DNA from: Ylistrum balloti
Lineage: Eukaryota
Direction: 5' to 3'
Assembly (NCBI RefSeq): GCF_031769215.1
Contig: NW_026782173.1
Location: forward strand, 2,294,001 to 2,358,000
DNA length: 64,000 bases
Part shown: positions 61,601-64,000 of the stretch, piece by piece
How the letters are laid out: every line of letters begins with the position of its first letter
Position numbering within the stretch: position 1 is the stretch's first letter
Translations under genes and position numbers: made by a program
Notes under the pieces: model-generated
Seen by the model: only the letters and a program-made list of their open reading frames with translations
Database searches by the model: none
What the model was told of the DNA's origin: nothing

Positions 61601-62639
61601 TTTGCAAGGAGGTTAATTTTTAACTGTACTTGAAACTTTAGATTAGACTTGAATTATGACTTTAGAAACAAAAGTTATTACTTATTCCTGTCACATTTTG
61701 TTGATTTTATTTTTTATCTCAATTACCATTATATGAAAGAAATTATGTATTTTCTGTGAGACTTTGCTCAGTATCTATCAAAGTAAAGACAAAGGCAAAG
61801 GGCATTCACTTACATGTTTTATATTCAATGACACTACAAGGTTAGCACTGAGTTCATTTCAGGTGTTGATTTGATGATAAAATTAAGATACTTCATGCAC
61901 TGTTTAGCCTATATGAGTGATGGTTAATATTCTTTAGTGTTAAGTAAAAACCCTGTACTTCTTTGGTATATTGTAGAAAGCAAGAGGAGAGGTTGGTGTT
62001 GGTGATGATGGAGTACAGCCCGGAGACCTCCCACCCTCTGACTCGGAATCAGAGGAGACAGACTCGGAAGATGAAGTGGTGATTTATTAAAGATATTTAA
62101 AATGTTTATCAGAAATATCATATTCATTAGGTGATGTGGTAATTACAATTAGGTTATTTTTAGAGACTTACTTCTTTTTTGTCGTGTATTGTTTTATTGA
62201 TCATTTATGTGCATATTTGTAAACTCATTCCTGTTATAAGTACTATTATTTGATATCTAGATAAAGATAAGTTTTTCCAAGGTAGATAAAAAAATCAGCT
62301 GAATAAATGAAAGAACAATTCCCTTTTTAGTATCCCTTTTTAGTATACATATAACTGAACCCAATCTTGAATGTGTTGAACTATGCATTTGCTGGTAAAA
62401 GTAAACAGAACATCTTGCAGTTGTTTTTGTTCTTTTTGTGCTTTTCAGTAGAGATTAATTATCAAGCATCCTTGAATAATAACGTAATTTTATTTTGAAT
62501 GTCTAAATATACAGGCAAAACCAAAAGGAGTGGCACATTTGATTGAAATAGAGAACCCTAACAGAAAGAATCGTTCTCAACTAAGGAAGGTTACAGATGA
62601 TGCTGCTAATACAAAGACAGAGTTATCCAGGAGAGAAAG
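58676..62639 (+). CDS. PDAP1: PDGFA-associated protein 1 / 28-kDa heat- and acid-stable phosphoprotein homolog, first 4 coding exons (3' end outside the window)
   Basis: Exons 58676-58685, 60107-60228, 61977-62078 and 62515-62639 (GT-AG, frame-consistent): MPRGGARGGGRGAKRIFKGQRRHFTNEDQI...SDSESEETDSEDEV AKPKGVAHLIEIENPNRK...ELSRRER. This matches the PDAP1 motifs KG..R..T, acidic SDES tract, GV..LI.IENPNR and ELSRRER. Confidence 0.93.
60107..60228 (+). CDS. PDAP1: PDAP1 coding exon 2
   Basis: GARGGGRGAKRIFKGQRRHFTNEDQINSDLEKAEREQQWR with AG/GT boundaries. Confidence 0.9.
60974..61236. mobile_element. Insertion with a 59-bp near-perfect hairpin, flanked by 13-bp direct repeats, in PDAP1 intron 2
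   Basis: Arms 61088-61146 and 61178-61236 (57/59 complementary); TTGCTTTGTTACA at 60961-60973 and 61236-61248. Confidence 0.75.
61977..62078 (+). CDS. PDAP1: PDAP1 coding exon 3
   Basis: KARGEVGVGDDGVQPGDLPPSDSESEETDSEDEV; the donor could alternatively be 3 nt upstream (exon end 62075). Confidence 0.85.
62515..62639 (+). CDS. PDAP1: PDAP1 coding exon 4
   Basis: AKPKGVAHLIEIENPNRKNRSQLRKVTDDAANTKTELSRRER followed by GTAAGA. Confidence 0.93.
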
Positions 62640-62699
62640 GTAAGACAAATCACTACAAGTAGATATTATGTTTTATAACAGAATTAAAAAGTCAATTTT

Positions 62700-63620
62700 T
62701 GGCAAAGCATCAGATGGATTTTTCAAATCACCCTGCATCCATGTTTCTTTGTCCGGGCCCTGTCTGTCCTCAAACAATTCTTGTGATTGCTATATTTCTT
62801 AAGAAGTATTCGATGGATCTTTTTCAAATTTCATATGTAGGTCGCCTTTGGCTCCTTCTCTTGCATTGGCCCATTTTTCTGATTGATCTGAAAACATGAC
62901 TGACCTGTGGCTATCTTGCATTTTGACAGTAATAGTTTGTTATTGCTATTTCTGGAGAAGTACTGGATGTAGGAACCCCTTTGTCCTTAGTTATGCATTG
63001 TCCCATTTCTGGACTGATTTGAAAAAACCTATGGCCAGAAAGGTGGACATCATGTTTTTTGACAGTCATAATTTATCCTTTCATCCATTTCATGTTTACA
63101 TTCCCTTAGAGCCGCAGTTATGCACTTGTGATTTTGGAACTGATTAAAAATACAAAATGGCTGAATGGCGGCCCTCTTGGATTTTGACTAAGAGAATTTG
63201 TTACCACTCTTTCTTGGGAAGTACTCAATGGATCTTTCATATGTAGATTCCTCTTGGTCCCTTGATACTTGGTATGCCCTTTTCATTTTGGGACTGATTT
63301 GAAAATCAAAGATTGTCGGCAAGGCTACAATCTTGGATTTGGGAGTCGCAGATTGTTATCGCTATTTCGTAAGAGGAATTTTCAAATTTCATTTAGTTAA
63401 GAGCAAAGACAGAGAATCGGAGAAAACAAAATGGCTGGCAGGTGGCTATATTGGATTTTGAAAATGAGAATTCTATTTCTTGAGAAATACTGGATGAATG
63501 AAATTATATAGGTTTTTCTTCGTTTCTAATTGTGCCCATGCAATTTTTGTAATGATCAGAAAAAACAAAATAGTCAAGAAGGATCAGATCCAACTCTTGA
63601 TGAACAAATAGTGGTGGTTG
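62700..63620. repeat. Degenerate modular interspersed repeat in PDAP1 intron 4
   Basis: Recurring motifs ATGGATCTTT...CATATGTAG, CTGATTTGAAAA, AAAATGGCT and CTTGGATTT at ~140-300-bp spacing. Confidence 0.45.
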
Positions 63621-64000
63621 CCAAGATTCCTCTTGGATCTCCTTGTTAAGATTCATCGGAACTAGATGGCATATCTAAAACCAAAGAATACAGATCACCA
63701 TAAAGAAGATGTAAAAAATGAGTATTTGCCACTTTCATTATATTGATTGTGAAAATGAAACCATTAAATATCATAGGAATATTTGATATCTCATTCCTTT
63801 TATCTATTATACTGCTCACATTTTTACTGGATTTGTGAGTGTGGTCATGTCAGGGTGTTAGTTGCTTTCTAGTGTATCTGTGAATCTGATGTCACTCTAT
63901 ATTTTTCTGATATCTGGTTGGCAGTTATTGTTTTCTTTCATTTGTGAATCCGAGGTCAGGGGATCAACTGCTTTTTGCTGTGTTTACAAGTCTGAAGTCT

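Overview
Eukaryotic, AT-rich genomic DNA. The repeat types and gene family suggest a lophotrochozoan, probably a bivalve mollusc, but this is inference. The ORF track's GTG/TTG starts should be ignored. Positions 1-3473 hold the 5' half of a decayed Gmr1-like Ty3/Gypsy retrotransposon on the minus strand (LTR, tRNA-Leu primer-binding site, Gag-SCAN-protease, then integrase). Positions ~6.0-47.2 kb are a head-to-tail array, all on the + strand, of seven intact single-coding-exon Cys-loop ligand-gated ion channel genes (nicotinic-receptor-like, non-alpha; called R1-R7 here) plus two internally deleted pseudogenes. Minisatellites and transposon relics lie between them. The receptors have lost most canonical acetylcholine-binding residues and have strongly divergent extracellular domains. 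Four of them (R3-R6) share a ~190-nt pore-coding block that is 95-98% identical at DNA level, which points to gene conversion keeping a common pore under diversifying sensor domains. This fits a candidate chemosensory ion-channel repertoire analogous to cephalopod chemotactile receptors. The array ends before a head-to-head housekeeping pair: BUD31 (4 coding exons, complete, minus strand) and PDAP1 (first 4 coding exons, plus strand), the same arrangement as in human. All alignments and counts were done by eye; no database searches were run.
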